Of a stretch of 64,000 nt of DNA, positions 1 to 13,845 are shown in pieces (the first letter of the stretch is position 1; each line of letters begins with the position of its first letter). The notes beneath the pieces were generated by a model. It had not been told where the DNA came from and ran no database searches. It saw only the letters and a program-made list of their open reading frames with translations. Source of the stretch: Podarcis filfolensis (Eukaryota); the NCBI GenBank assembly GCA_964270895.1, contig OZ185443.1; one strand, 5' to 3'. The position numbers were made by a program, and so were the translations under genes.

Positions 1-2052
1 TTTGAAAGGTCAGATCACATTGCTTGGATTAGTGAATCTCTTTAGGGGCTTATAGTATTAGTTGAGTTCTAAGGAAAAACAATCAGGCAGATTTATGGAC
101 TGTAAGTCAAAGTCTGTCAGGAATTACCCAATCTGAGGGGTATCCCTAAACATTGCTATGCAAGTATTTCAGAGAGTGTTACTTGTTCTGTAATTATTCT
201 TTCCTCTTGATTTTCTTCCAACTGTTTTTTGGTTGATTTTCATGTTGCTGCTGCACACATAGGGTTTTTTGAAGGGCAAACGACACCTTTCTACTCACCA
301 AACCAGTAGATTAAAGGACACACTAGGTGTGATGGCAGCAGCTTTTAATGTGTCTGCCTCCTTTGCCTAAAGAGCAAGGGGGAATCTTACCTCAACAATA
401 AAAATGCACATAGGAAAGAGGTCCTGAAACCTGATGCTCTGGGGACCTTTTGCAGTTCCCTGGTTAAATTTGTACCCCATTATTCCTCCCAACAGAGCCC
501 AGGTCAGCAAACAGCAAAATATTTAAACATAATTAATGTTTTGTGTTCTGTTTTCCTCTTTGAGGAGCTTAGAAATTTCCACATCCACTTTAGATAACCC
601 TCAGTTTCCTATTATGTCCAGATCCTAACTCTGGCTAACATAGTTAAGATTAACCACAGTTTGGGTTTGGATATTACAACAAGTAGTGGTTAATCTAAAA
701 TGGAAGCAAAAGTATCTGAATTTATCACTGTAGCTGCACCCAGAGGGGGGGGGGACAATACACATCTGGATTTTGCTGTAGCTCATTCTCATAATGTACA
801 GGCCTACATTTTTGAGAAATTAAAAAGAATCCTCTATTGAGGCATGATGCTGTACCCAGATTATGACATCATGCAAAATTTATGGTGCTGTAACTTTCCT
901 TCTGACCCCAGTCCCAACACAGAGGTGGGAATTTGGAGCAGACTCTTGATTATATTAAACATTGGGCATTTGATGGGTTTCAAGTTCCACAAAGATCTAT
1001 CTGGAACAAATAATTAAATGGAAAAAAAGCTTTTCATATAAATATCAAAACCACATAAAAGTTATGTCTGCAGCAACATTTGGAATTACAGGTTTCTTGG
1101 AAAGCAGAGAAGAAAAGCAAATGTAGAGAAAGAGGTCAAATATATCATCTAGTTTTAAATTTAGTCATACTCAGAGTACCCCCATTGAAATTATTGGAAC
1201 TAAGGTGCTAAATCCATACTGTGGTTATCATGCAAAGTTAATCTATGTCAAGTTCACCTTTGGAAAGTTTGGCAAATTATTTTTTGTCCTTTTTAATAAG
1301 ACAAATGAAGATTTCTGAAACTGTCACTTTTAAAAAATGAAGAAATATGTTCATTTCAGGCTACACAGACCTTGGTTAGGCTGAAGCAATTCAGACAATT
1401 AGTGTTTTTTGTCCCCAGACATCTTTGTCCAGAAGCTTGGTATTCAAAGAACGGTAATATAGAGTTATATTTACAATTTTAAAATCATTGCTACTTTGGA
1501 AAATATGATAGTAGCCAAGAGAATGATTTCCAGTGCAATTCTTATGCAAGTTTACTAAGAAATGACTGCCACTGTATTCAATAGGGCTTACTCTCCGGTA
1601 AGTATGACTAGTGTTTATGAGTACATTAGACTATAATTATATTCTTCTTAGAAGTCAGTGCACATTATTGAAATGTTCTCTGTATTTTCAGACTTTATGC
1701 TAGAAGAAAAAAAGGTTATGTATAAAAATTGCCTAGTCTGAGAGAATTATTTTTTTGGGGGGGTGAACACATATTCTACAGTAGTCCTAGAAATGTTGAT
1801 TTTTAATTTTTTTAAGAGTGGGTTATGGATTGTGGACTGTGAGGTAATTTTTGTTCACTGGAATGAACTTTTTAATTTTGGAAATGTGGTTGTTAAGCAA
1901 AGGAGTTAAGGAAGGAAGTACATCCATGAGCATTAGCATAACTCCGAGCTAAGGAATAATTACAGTCTATTTGAGATGTTCTTTTATTAGCTTAAGATGT
2001 GTGATCTTGTGTAAGACACATACTTAATTATCATTAAATACTCATATTGCAG

Positions 2053-2137
2053 GTTCATGAGATCTTTGAGTGTCAGGAATGTGACAAGAAATTTATTTCA
2101 GCTAACCAGCTAAAACGCCATATGATTACTCACTCAG
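2053..2137 (+). CDS. PRDM5: PRDM5 coding exon (human exon 9 equivalent), one C2H2 finger; gene is 5'-partial in this window
   Basis: tattgcAG|GTTCAT...CACTCAG|GTaaaa. 85 nt, phase 0 to 1. Translates [28 protein letters not shown], matching recalled human PRDM5 [28 protein letters not shown]. Confidence 0.96.
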
Positions 2138-3731
2138 GTAAAAACCTTTTTCTTTTTTTATTAAATCAAGCTTCACATAATACCTTGAATTGCTATTGTA
2201 TAGTTTTTTGTTGTTCTATTGGGCTTTGCATTAACAAACAGGTAAGACCTAATAATGAGGCTCTTTGGTAGTTGGTTCCATAACCTAGTTTTGTCAATTT
2301 AAGTGGAGGGAAGTCTGTGGCCCTCCAGATGTTGTTGGATTCCACTGCCCTTCAGGTCAGGAATAATGGGATTTGTGGCCCCAGCATCTGGAGCGATTCA
2401 GTTTATTCATCCCTGATTTTAGATGGCTGATCACATGAATATGGCATATACTGCAGCTCTGAACACTTGCTTGTTACACTTGCTTCCATTGTAAGTGTGT
2501 TTGGAGTTTTGGCAGCCTAAAAATGATTTAGCTCAAAGGACTGATTTAATTGGTTTGAGAGTTTCAGCCAACGCATATAATCCTAATACTTTACAATTAA
2601 TAGGTTGAGCATTTCCTTTTAGAAAACTCCAAGTTTATTATATGGGCTCCTGCTTCCACATATCTTTTTTCTTCTTATTGGACACACTTGCATCATGATA
2701 TTTGCCTTGAAACTTGATTGAATAGTTATTTTTTAAAAAAATTAGTAGGCTCATTGTATGGTAGAAATAATGTAAGCAACGCCGAGATGGCTTGAGGAAA
2801 TGTTTCCGGGATGTTTCCTTGGGCTGAAATAAATGGGAAGGTCTTTAAATTATCTATTGGTCTCTAGGTATCAACAAGATGCTTCCATTGTTTCTAAAGC
2901 AGACCATATACACCTTTAGGCAATAGCCTGAGAAGGCACCCTTTATCAATGATGGAACTGGCAGAGGAGAAGCCATGTAGAACTTGCAAGAAACACTGTT
3001 TTGTCTGATTGGACTCTGCCACTTATTTCTGTTCATTAAGCTCTGGCATTTCCACATCTTTCATTCAATAATTGGAAAAAGGTGCAATCAAAACCTGAAT
3101 TTCTGTTCCCTACCTAAATGCTTTAAAACAGGGTTTCAACATTGCTAAAACGGTTGATGTTTAGCTGCTATCTCCATTTCATTGCATGCTTGAAGTGCAT
3201 TTGTTTAAACAAGCAAACAAAAAGGACTGTATCTCAGGGGCATTTAGCTGAGTTTTGAGATTCTGGATTAGAATATTCTACATTGTAGTGCTAGGCTTCA
3301 TATAGCAACTGAAACACAAAAGCATATACACACCAACTTTGGTTGTTTTAAAAACGAATCTGCTATGTATATTGTTAATTAAGTTTTAAAACATTTAAAC
3401 TGTCATGCCCTCTTTCACATTTGTAGTCTGGCAACAGGCTTTGCCTCTTTGAAGTCATTCTCTTTTGATTTAAGCTAATTAATCAGAGTTTAGTTTTAGC
3501 CATGATTGTGGCAAAGAACGTGCCAATTTCTCAAGATGCGCCATGGCTCATCTTTTACGAAGCGACTTAACTGTGTAACATAAAGGGCATTAGATGTCTT
3601 TCTAATTGGTTTAATCTTAATTGGGTTGACTTCATTGCAGAAATCTCTCCAACGAGATGGCTGTCTCTGCCTTTCATCTTCTACCCCTATATAAACAGGA
3701 GATTAAATGTCCCCCCACTCATTTTCTGCAG

Positions 3732-3889
3732 AAAAACGCCCCTACACCTGCGAGGTTTGCAATAAGTCCTTCAAACGACTTGATCAAGTGACTGCACACA
3801 AAATAATACACAGTGAAGATAAACCCTATAAATGCAAGCTTTGTGGAAAGGGATTTGCCCACAGAAATGTTTACAAGAATCACAAGAAG
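3732..3889 (+). CDS. PRDM5: PRDM5 coding exon (exon 10 equivalent)
   Basis: ttttctgcAG|AAAAAC...AAGAAG|GTaaaa. 158 nt, phase 1 to 0. (E)[52 protein letters not shown]. Confidence 0.97.
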
Positions 3890-5428
3890 GTAAAAACAAA
3901 AACAAAAACAAAAAACACTCTGCTGTTGTTGTTTACAGCTATGCCAGGCTTAGATTTGCAGCTGTTGCTCATTTTAGTGATGGATCAGTGCGCTTTGGCA
4001 TGCTTAGAAACATGAGCTTCAAATTTTGCAAAATATATTAGCTAGCGTTCCTTTGCGATAGCCTAGATATCTAGATCATAAACGGGTCCTTTGTGATTGT
4101 TTCTTTCTTTCTAATCAGTCCAAACTAGTTCAACTGATTGCATACTTGTTTTGATTTTGTTCCTTTAGGAATTTTTTTTTTTAAAAGAGTAACTTCTTAA
4201 CTATATCTATCTATCATGATGTTGCAGTCATTTTTTCTCTTTGTGGCAGACATTATCAGGAGAGCCGTTAAAGTTTGCACTGACGACATTTCAGTTAGAC
4301 ATGATTTCAGCAACAGAAGAAAACTCTGCCCTCAAAGTACAGAGGGACCTCACATTCAGGCTCCACTAAACGACTCCTGGCTGTGTGATTTAAGCTCCAA
4401 TCTGCCTGCCCTAATTTTGATAATGCCTGTCATTACTTTTGACCCTGGGTTACGTTTTCAATGGCACGGCTGCACCCTTGACTGATGCCGCTGCTTCAGA
4501 ATTGCAAGACTGTAAAAAATTATCTGGCTGGTTTCCTGCTTAGTCTTTGAAACCCTATTGCTCCTTCCCTCCACCCGCCCCTTGCGCCAACACTTTGATG
4601 AAATAGATATACCAATACTTACACATTTTTCACAGTTTGGCTCATGTTATATGCCATCTGGGAATCTGGCACCGGATCTTTGCACCATCTTTTGTGTTTT
4701 CAGCCATAAATCATATGAAAGTAATAATAATAACCAGAATGCTTCTAACAGGGTGAAACAACGATGACTGTTCTTTCTAAGGCAGACAGGATGCATGAGC
4801 CCGTTGAAAGACACAAGAGCTTGCATATCAGGACCAGAGCTTACATATGTAATGACCTTTTAAAAATACAACTTACAAACTGGCTACACTGAGAGCAAAG
4901 TGAATGAAAGCTATTCTGAGTAGTCAACTTTAAATTAAAAAGAGAGGGAGAGAGAAAGGAGGGGAAAAACATGTCCTGTCCCCCCCAGTAATCTCTGTGT
5001 CCTGAAGCATTATTCAGTCAATAAATATTGAAAACCTAGTGTGGACCTTGCCCCTGAAATTGCTTTGAGAGTCATGGAAATATGTCCACATCGGTGTATT
5101 TTTATGTATGAGGTGTGAAGATTGAATTAGGGCATTTCCATTTTGGAAAGCTCAAGCAGCAGAGCTGGGATAGGCCCCAGCCTCAGTCTCTGAACCCCTG
5201 GGTTTGAAGCTCATTAACAATATTGGACCTAGTAGATCAGGGATGGACTTGCTTCAGTTTGCATGGTATGCTTTTCTTTCTATCTTGCTTGAATACTCCT
5301 GGCCCAACAGTGTCCTTTTTCAAAGCTGGGTATCACTGATCTTCGTTGAGTGATCAAGAATATGCATGTTTGCTTAAGAAGTGCCTAGCTTGATTCAAAG
5401 CAAGATAAATCAAGTCTACATTTGCAAG

Positions 5429-5578
5429 CAGGGGTGTCAACGTGAATAAGATATTGAGGGGGCCAAGGTAAGCCCCACCTTGCATAATCGATCACATGAT
5501 GCGGTACACGCACACCACCCCTCAGATATTTTACTGGGGGGCAAAAGCCCCCTCGTGTCCTAGGAGTTGGCTTCTGTG
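5429..5578. mobile_element. hAT-type MITE
   Basis: Perfect 8-bp TSD TTTGCAAG (5421-28, 5579-86). Decayed TIRs: CAGGGGTGTCAAC vs right-end reverse complement CACAGAAGCCAAC. Confidence 0.75.
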
Positions 5579-8500
5579 TTTGCAAGCACTGCTGCAAACA
5601 GAAGACTCAAAATGGCCCCCGGCACATTGGCTTGTGGTTCACCAAGGGATTGGGACCCCCTTTCTGCCCATTCCTATGGTAGACCATTGGTCTGAATGAA
5701 CAGAAACAAGTCTGAGCATATTCAGTGCTAAAAAAAGATAAAAACCTGAATCATGGTTACTAATAAGACTAGTTGACTCAATTTGCATGAATTATACAGA
5801 TTAAGCAAATGTGTATATTCTGCATAGTTGATTCTGCACCTGTAGTTAGGGTAGAAGGTGGAAAGCTAAGTTGCCTCCAACAACTGGAAATTCTGCCTCT
5901 GAGCTATAGACAGGCTCAGAGAATTTTCAGCCCTACTTGTACAGCTTTAAGGGGTGAATCTTTAAAAGACCAAGCAGTGCTCCCTCAAAACCCTTCAATT
6001 GTTCCACGTCATTAAAACAGCAAGTAAAAATTGGCATAAACTACACTAAATGAGCTACAGTGGCTGTTACAGAAGCTCATGAATCTCAGCTTTCTTTTTT
6101 CTCTTTTAAACCCTTATGGTTTCAAAGATAAGACTGGGAAACATGATAGCAATTTGGGCTGGAAGCTCAGAAACCAGATGGCAAGTGAAAAGGAACTGTA
6201 ATTCATTCATTTTCTCTAAGTTTACTAAAGTTCTTAGTTTTAAGCTCAGAACTGAAAGATTACAAGTTTTCAAATTTTTAGCATTTGGCGATAATACAGT
6301 AATTCTGTAGTAAGAAGCTATCCACGCTAGTGCCTGAGACACAGCAACTGATAGGAAAATACCTGCTAATTATATTGGCTATGGCTATGTACAATTAAAT
6401 ATACCCGTGAGCTGTAGCAGTTAGGGTTCATGCAGTTCATGAGCTGTTTGTGACTGTGGTCCAAAACAGACTGACTTCATACACTTTTCTCGCAGTCTGG
6501 CTCCACCACCAAAAGTGAGCTGAGTTGTGGAGAAAAGTTTCTGAAGCAACATATTGCAACTAGGTCAGCTGGGAAGCAGACAAGTTTATCTCATCTCACC
6601 TATGTACAACTTTTGTTGCAAAAAGTAGACCCCACCCCTCCCTTTAAAGATGAATGAAGTATTAACCTATGTCTCTCTGTGTGGCTAAAGGAATATGAAT
6701 GAACCCCAGTACTGTAATTCTATTTTTGCCCTCAAGTCTAATTCACAGAGTGTAGTAAACGGGTCCCTGGGCTGCTGTATTTCAGTCTATATGTGGAGGC
6801 TCCCATGTTTGAACCTTCCTTCATAACAATAACAAATCACTAAGTATAGAGAAATAGCATTTCAAGGGCTGGGCAACAATACTCTCCCCCTCATGTCTAG
6901 CTTTCTCTATGGAGGTTTTGTTTGGGGGGGGTTATTTTTTTTATGGAAGAGCATTCTGTCACGTGAACCCCCACCTGCCATTTGAAATGGTACTGTCTAG
7001 GTGAAGGGTTGACACTACCTCAGGGAAATCTACATCTGAAGTACCCACTTGTAATCTCTTTTTGTGTGCATTTTGTGCTACTCTGAGTAGTGCTTCGTTT
7101 GTAAAATATCAGGTGCTGGTTCTGAGTCATATAAACAGCTTTATCTGGAAATCTTCTCTTTAATCTATGGATTTACCTGGAGTAATTGTGCACATTTGTT
7201 TTATTTATCTGATTTAGGAAATGTATACACTACTGACCATTTTTAGCAAAATCTCTATAAAGTGGCTTACAAGGTGTCATAAAATGTTACAAAACAGAAA
7301 TGGGAATACAGTAAAGACGTTATAAAAATCTGTTGAACCTGTTCAACATATTTTGCTGCTTGTTCCTGTGCTTCTCTCAGAAAACAGGTTATATTATAGC
7401 AGCCTTCTCTAACCTTTAGATGTTTTAGACCACTACTCCCAATAGTCAGGGATGATGGGGACTGCAGTCCTTTCACATTTGGAGGGCACCTGCTTTGGGG
7501 GGATAAATGGGAGGTAAATGCAGGAAGCAAAAGTGTAGTTTAGTGGCCAACATGTTTTGGACCTTGTCAGTGAGTTCTACAAATAAAAATATTTGTATAG
7601 TTAACAGAACTGTGCATTAGAGATAAGACCTAGTCAAATGAAGCAATGTTTCTGTGTGGTTTTGAAAAGGGAAAAGCCATAGCTTAGTGACAGAGCATAC
7701 ACAGTTCAGCTCCTGTACTCGGGTTAGCTGAATTGGGAAAGAGCTCCTTTGGTGACTTTGGAGAGGCAGTGCCATTCAGAATATGCCGAATACTGGGCTA
7801 GATGAACCATATCAAAGGCCTGCTTAGGAGCAGACATCTCCTGATCCGCAAGCCTGATTTGATCCAGTAGTTACCAAAAATTCCAAAACACATCTAACAA
7901 ATCATATCAAAGCACCAACTTTGGTGCTTTATTATTCGTCTGCAACAGGCATGGCTTGGTCAGAAGAGCAAAATCCAACTCCTATAACAAAAAACATGTT
8001 TTTCAAATTTGATACTGTCAAATATAAATCCATGATAATCTTGTGGTCTTTGCACTGAATTGGTATTAGAGCCATTTCTCTTAAGAATATTTAATGAAAA
8101 ACAGGACATGGGGATTGTGCCCTCTGGGAGGGTTTTATTATATGCTTTGGGCAGAGGTTGCCTTGACGCCTATGGATAATTTTTTTATGGATACATAATC
8201 TGGTGGTGTGCTGGAGCATCAGAACAAACTTGGCTGACTCGAAGTGTGTGTTTGACTGTTTTCCAAGTTTACCCAGTGCTGTAACTGATGTGGTTTAACA
8301 TAGTCTTTTCACAACAAGGAGTTGATTTCATTTTGAGGTGGCCCAGTTATCCATGTGTAGCATATAAAACACTTGCACTGCAATGGTGCTTATCACCTCA
8401 GATCATAAAATGGCTAACAATAGCACCTTGGTTGTACACACTTTCATTATTTCACTTTGTATAGTGCAGGGCTTGTCTACAATGAAGTTTACTGTGTGTC

Positions 8501-11118
8501 TGCAGCTGTTACCATTCCTATTTAATTTGCACAAACTACAAGACACTACCTTCCAACAACACCAGCCCTGATGCTTTCTCCTTGTAAATGTGGGTTTAGC
8601 CATACAGGGATAATCTAATGAACTGGGGGACATTTGCCCTCAAACCGCTTCACTTGGGGTCACAGACTATTTGTCGCAGTGCTTTTGGATAGGTGAATCA
8701 CCACTTTCTGCTCTTCCCCTTTGCATGACCACTACTTCCCTCGTGCTCTCATTTCCTTTTATGTACATTCTTGTAGCTATTTCTGGCACACTCCTGAACG
8801 AAGTGTAGCCTTAAGACATTTCTTAATTTTGCTCCTTCAGATTTGCACAAAACCAGAAAATTACACAAACCAATCACATTAAAAATGGTTTTCCAAACAT
8901 TTATATTTGGCTGACTATGTGCTTTTGTTTACATTCTGGGCTCAGGGCTCATCCAAATCCTGGGTAAGTCCCATAAAAGGAGGATTCTGGGGAGTGACTT
9001 ACCTCACTCCAAACTTAGTTTAGCTCAGTCATGTGACCTATTAACCCAATAGAATTTACTTGAGCAGAAGGGTTGGTGTAAGTCAAGGGTGGTATACGCC
9101 GACACAGCTGGCAGTAGCCCCACTCCTGAACCAAGTTTGGAAAAAAATTGCCTTGGCTTCCTATCATTTGGATTGCTTTATAAGTGACTAGGTCAGCCAC
9201 ACTCTCTGAGCCTAATCCTACCCCACAGGGTTTTTGCGACAATAACAGGCGGGGAGGCATGTCCGTTACACTGATTTGTGGCGTAGGATAACAAGCTAGT
9301 TTTGTACAATAAATGTTTCCAGCTCTGCTTTCCTGATCCGTTGCCCCACCACCCTGGCAGATGCCTTTTATGTTTAACTAGTAACTGTGGAGACATTAGC
9401 AGACCCTGAGTAAAGGGGGCATGGGGATGCAAGGCAGAGAGGAAAGCACAGTGTCCCTACAGATTTGCCATAAAAAGAAGTGCTTTATTGAACACTCCAC
9501 ATGCATAAGACAGAGTGTCTAATAAAAACATATGCATTCTAGGCAACTACTCCCAATCAAAACAACTTAAAAACCCTGCTGCATGCAGAGAGGTCAGTTA
9601 TCTGAGACACCCCTAATGAGACTGGGTGCCTCTACCTGATGCGGGAGAGGGGAATCTCTTTAAGAAACTGGATCTAAAGGCTACCTGTATATACCTTTAA
9701 AGGTTTTCTAATATATCAGGCCACAGCTTCACATTACAGATAGGCTTTAGAAGATGCTTGAGATCTTCACAATGGTTTCATGGATCATGTTTCCTCACAT
9801 ATAACATGCTACTCATTTATAATATTTGGGTAGTGGAGGAAGAGGAAGAGGACTATGTGTGTGCTTGGGCATCATAAATTCTTTTTATTTCTTTGAGAGC
9901 TGCTTTATATCACTAGGCATGTTGAATTGGTTTAGTACAGAATATGACTAGAATACTTCAGGATAGTTTGCATATTTGATTCCCTAAGAGTTGTGGAAGC
10001 GTGGTTGGGCTGTATAAGAGACCTCTGATGATTTCCCATCCTCTGATATGGCATCTTCATTCTGGGCAAGAAGAGCCCAGTCTGGTCTGGAAATCTCCTC
10101 TTGATCTGCTCAAGAGCTGGCAGGGTCAATATTGTCATTAACAATAATCAAGAAGGAAGTACAGAGTGAGAATCATTTGCATTTGTAATACTGGGTGTAT
10201 TTTTTTTTACATCCCTTGTTATTGCATATTTATAATATTGAAAAGGAGCAAAAATAGAATAGAAATTACATGGAGCTGATAAAATCTGAAAGAAAATAAA
10301 CACTGCTTAGAAATGTAAATTAATAAAACCATTTCCTACTAAATGAATTGCTGTACTGAGCCTCTAATTCTACTGATGTTCCAAACTCTGCATAGCTTCC
10401 AAAAGAGTGACCAAATGTATGCAGTTCAACCATCTTTACATTTATTACTATGGACTCTGTCTACTGGTCTACTCTACTATGAGGAACTGTTCGGTCTTCC
10501 AGTGTTGTAGAACAAGCTGCTTCACTTATAGCCTAGAAAATATGTGTCTTCAAACAGCAGTCGATCAGCACTGCAAATGGCTTTGGAAATTCTACATGAT
10601 TTCACTCATATGGGCTTCTGTTAGGAAGAGAAATTAGTCAAAACTCTTGATAAATATAGTTCCTTCAAATGTGAGCACAGTCAACAAAGTTCTGCATGTA
10701 GTTAACTGAGAGCCAATTGAAACATTATAGCTCCCATGCGAAGGCTGATTAAAAAGTGTTTATCCTCATGCTTTGTATGCTAGGCATAACATTTAAAAGC
10801 CTCTTACACTATGTATTGGCTCAAATTTGTACAAGGGCCAGCAATTGCTTGGGATGTGCATTGCTGCTACTGATGTGAAAACACTGCACATTTTGGTAAA
10901 TGGAAGGAATGACAAGCTTTTAAATGCTACTCACAATGCTTTTGGGAGTCTGTAACATTTAAAATTGGCCTGATAATTCTTGTAAGGGAGTGACAGTGGT
11001 TTTGGTGTTCAGGATAGTGGTTTAGAAAAGCCGATAAAGGGCTGTTAAGTGGCAAAGCAAGAGAAACTCTGCAGCTATTCTGAATGAAACTTAAGGGCTT
11101 GTTTACATGATCTGGAAA

Positions 11119-11273
11119 TAGGGTGACCAGATGCCAATGAAGACAAGATTCCTGCACCTTTTAACAGTGGCATAGGAGAGGGAATTTCAGCAGGTCTAGA
11201 GTGCAAACTACACATGCTGAAATTCATTTTTCTAAAGGTGTAGTCCTGCCATCTTTTGCATCTGGATACCATA
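11119..11273. mobile_element. PIF/Harbinger-like MITE
   Basis: TIRs TAGGGTGACCAGATGC and GCATCTGGATACCATA (13/16 match); no coding capacity. Confidence 0.55.
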
Positions 11274-11629
11274 TAAGGAAAGCAGAGTTGATACAGCTAG
11301 CTGAATTAACCATTCTTCGTGCAGGAAATAAATCCCAGTGATATAGTCATACTTTCAGGTTCAAGGTCTACAGTTTCCCCGCTTTATTCTTTGCACAAGA
11401 GACAAGGCAAGTCCAAATACTTCTGATTATCTGGGGGTACTTTCTATGCTCTCAGTTTGATGTAGCTTCTGATCAGATTAAAAGAAATCAGAAGGTAAAT
11501 CTATTTAAGATGTTCAAAAAGCCAGATAGCTGATCACCTAAGCAAGCCCCAAGTGTGTTTTTTAAATGAGGGCGGGGGATTTTTCACTCATGCATGGTGC
11601 CAGATTAACAGCCCTAGAGACTGAAGCCT

Positions 11630-11660
<31 letters not shown>

Positions 11661-12856
11661 TCAGCAGCCATGCAAGCTTTCCCACAGCAAAGTATCAACC
11701 AAATGTCTCAACCCTGTTCTGGAGGAACCACCTGTTGAGGTGAGAAGGTAGTTCAGTCTCTTTATGTCCAGACTTGATTTGGCTTTTCTGTAGCAACTGC
11801 TGTTAAAGAGCCACACCAATAGCCCTAACAAGGATGTGGACTTTGGAGAAAAGCATCCCGCCTTTTGTGTAGGCCACATCCATTAAAAAAAAATGGTGTT
11901 AACTGATAACACAATATTTTGTTCTATGCAATGGAGGAACAACTTTGAAAATATGGCTCAATGATTTTTCTGGATGAAGAGTTTTCACATCACCTGCCAT
12001 AGATTATCAGAAAACAACAACAGGGGAGCATGGTCATTTTAGTTTCTTCTGCCTCCTGATTATTGTGAAGAGGCTGACAAAACAAATCCTATGCTTCTCA
12101 GCAGGAAATTATGCTGCTGTACATGCAGAAGGCATGCCATTTCTGGTTAAAAGGGGGAAAGGAAAGGTTTCTTCTGTCCCCCACTGCTGGTTTCAACCTT
12201 CTCTTTCACAATGAAAGCTTGAGAAGGAGATGGAAGACTGTTGAGGCCATGCTTCACTCATTTGCTTGAGCTCTCTTGGGAAAACCTAAAGCAACTCAAG
12301 TCCCCCTTCCCCGCTGAGCGTTTTCCAGAATTGTTTATGGAGGGTGGGGGGTGAATACAAAGTGAAGAACCATGTTGTGGTTTTTAACTTGTTTTATTTT
12401 TAAAATTTATATCCTGACCTTCCTCCCAAAGGAGCTCAGGGTGGGGAAATGGTGTGGGAAGTAGTTCCAGATGCACTTGCCTTTCCTTTCTGTCCTTCTG
12501 CAGCTAGTCTAGAATGCATATCTGTAATGGGGAAAAGGCAACAGTTACTTTGCAGCAAAACCTATGGGCAGATGGTGCATTATATATGAAAGATATTTCC
12601 ATGCCTTGTTCTACAGTAGCAATCTATTATCAATCACAATTCCTATGATCTTCCAGGGGCTTCTCTTTGAAGGTGTTCTTAGTGCATTAAGTGAGAACAG
12701 CAAGGCACATAATGTTTCTAGTGGCTGTTCTCTAGCTATGAAATATCTCCCTCCTTAAAGTTTGTCAAAGTCCAGAGGCAATGTTAAACTTCTTTTATTT
12801 AAGAGATACTTATTGTGATAGTTTAGCTCCATATTTTAATCTGTATTTTTTTTGTA

Positions 12857-13261
12857 CAGTGGTACCTCTGGTTAAGTACTTAATTCGTTCCGGAGGTCTG
12901 TTCTTAACCTGAAACTGTTCTTAACCTGAGGTACCACTTTAACTAATGGGGCCTCCTGCTGACGCCGTGCCGCTGACACCAGTGGCGTAGCGTGGGTTGT
13001 CAGCACCTGGGGCAAGGCAAGTAATTTGCACCCCCTAACCCGGTAGGGGCAGAGAGCTGCGAGTGCGAGCGCGCCCCCCCAGATGTTGCACCTGGTGCGG
13101 CCTGCCCCCCTGCACCCCCCACACTACGCCACTGGCTGACACGCAATTTCTGGTCTCATCCTGGACCAAAGTTCTTAACCCGAGGTACTGCTTCTGGGTT
13201 AGTGGAGTCTGTAACCCGAAGTGTTTGTAACCTGAGGTGTTTGTAACCCAAGGTACCACTA
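12857..13261. mobile_element. Tigger/pogo-like (Tc1-mariner) MITE, copy 1, carrying a nested hAT MITE
   Basis: TA flanks; TIRs CAGTGGTACCTCTGGTTA and TAACCCAAGGTACCACTA. Internal sequence is shared with copies at 42018 and 45672. Confidence 0.88.
12980..13134. mobile_element. hAT-type MITE (155 bp) nested in the Tigger-like MITE
   Basis: Perfect 8-bp TSD GCTGACAC (12972-79, 13135-42); 17-bp TIRs with 16/17 identity (CAGTGGCGTAGCGTGGG). Confidence 0.92.
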
Positions 13262-13845
13262 TAGTCATATACAATCCAGATTACAGTGATGTGCTCTATG
13301 TGTGCCTTGCTCTGCAGATCCTGGAGAATCTTCATGGGGTGCAAAACTACTTTGGATTCATTTGCACTTGTTTCCAGTTGGTTTCTGAACACAATGAAAA
13401 GTCCTGGTCCTAACCTACAAAGACTTAAATGGTTTGGGGGCAGGATATTTGAAGGGCTGTCTTGTTCCATGTAATGCTGTCTGTCAACTGAGCTCAGTAC
13501 TGGAGGCCCTGTGTCTCACCAGTTTCAGAAGCATAAAAGCCAAGCAGCGCCTTTTGTTGTTGTTGCAGCATCTGCATTGTGGGCCTCCTCTCCCTAGAGA
13601 GGAAGTTCAGTTGGCCTCCTCTCTCTTAAGCTTTAGGTGCCTTCCTAAGACTTAAAAAAATTTATCAAGCTTTTAATGTGGCTTAGAGCTTTGTCTCCCT
13701 GTTTCACCGCTGAATTGTTTTATATTTCTCTTGGTGTTATTGTATGGAACTGATTTTATTCATTTTGAACTGCTGTTTTTTGTGAGCTGATTTGAGTTTG
13801 TTTTATAAATAAAAGCCAGGTATATATATTTTTAATAAATAAAGT
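13262..13845 (+). mobile_element. Decayed L2 LINE 3' fragment
   Basis: Translation remnant GAGYLKGCLVP...EAL...PREEVQLASSLLSFRCLPKT resembles the L2 ORF2 C-terminus; ends in an AATAAA-rich tail. Boundaries approximate. Confidence 0.65.

Noticed and set aside
2047-4015. ORF-track proteins 2047-2271 and 3707-4015 (also 34319-34534) as stand-alone zinc-finger genes
   Set aside because: Each is one PRDM5 exon read through into intron; canonical splice sites bound the finger-coding part, and KTKTKTK comes from an (AAAAAC)n run after the donor.
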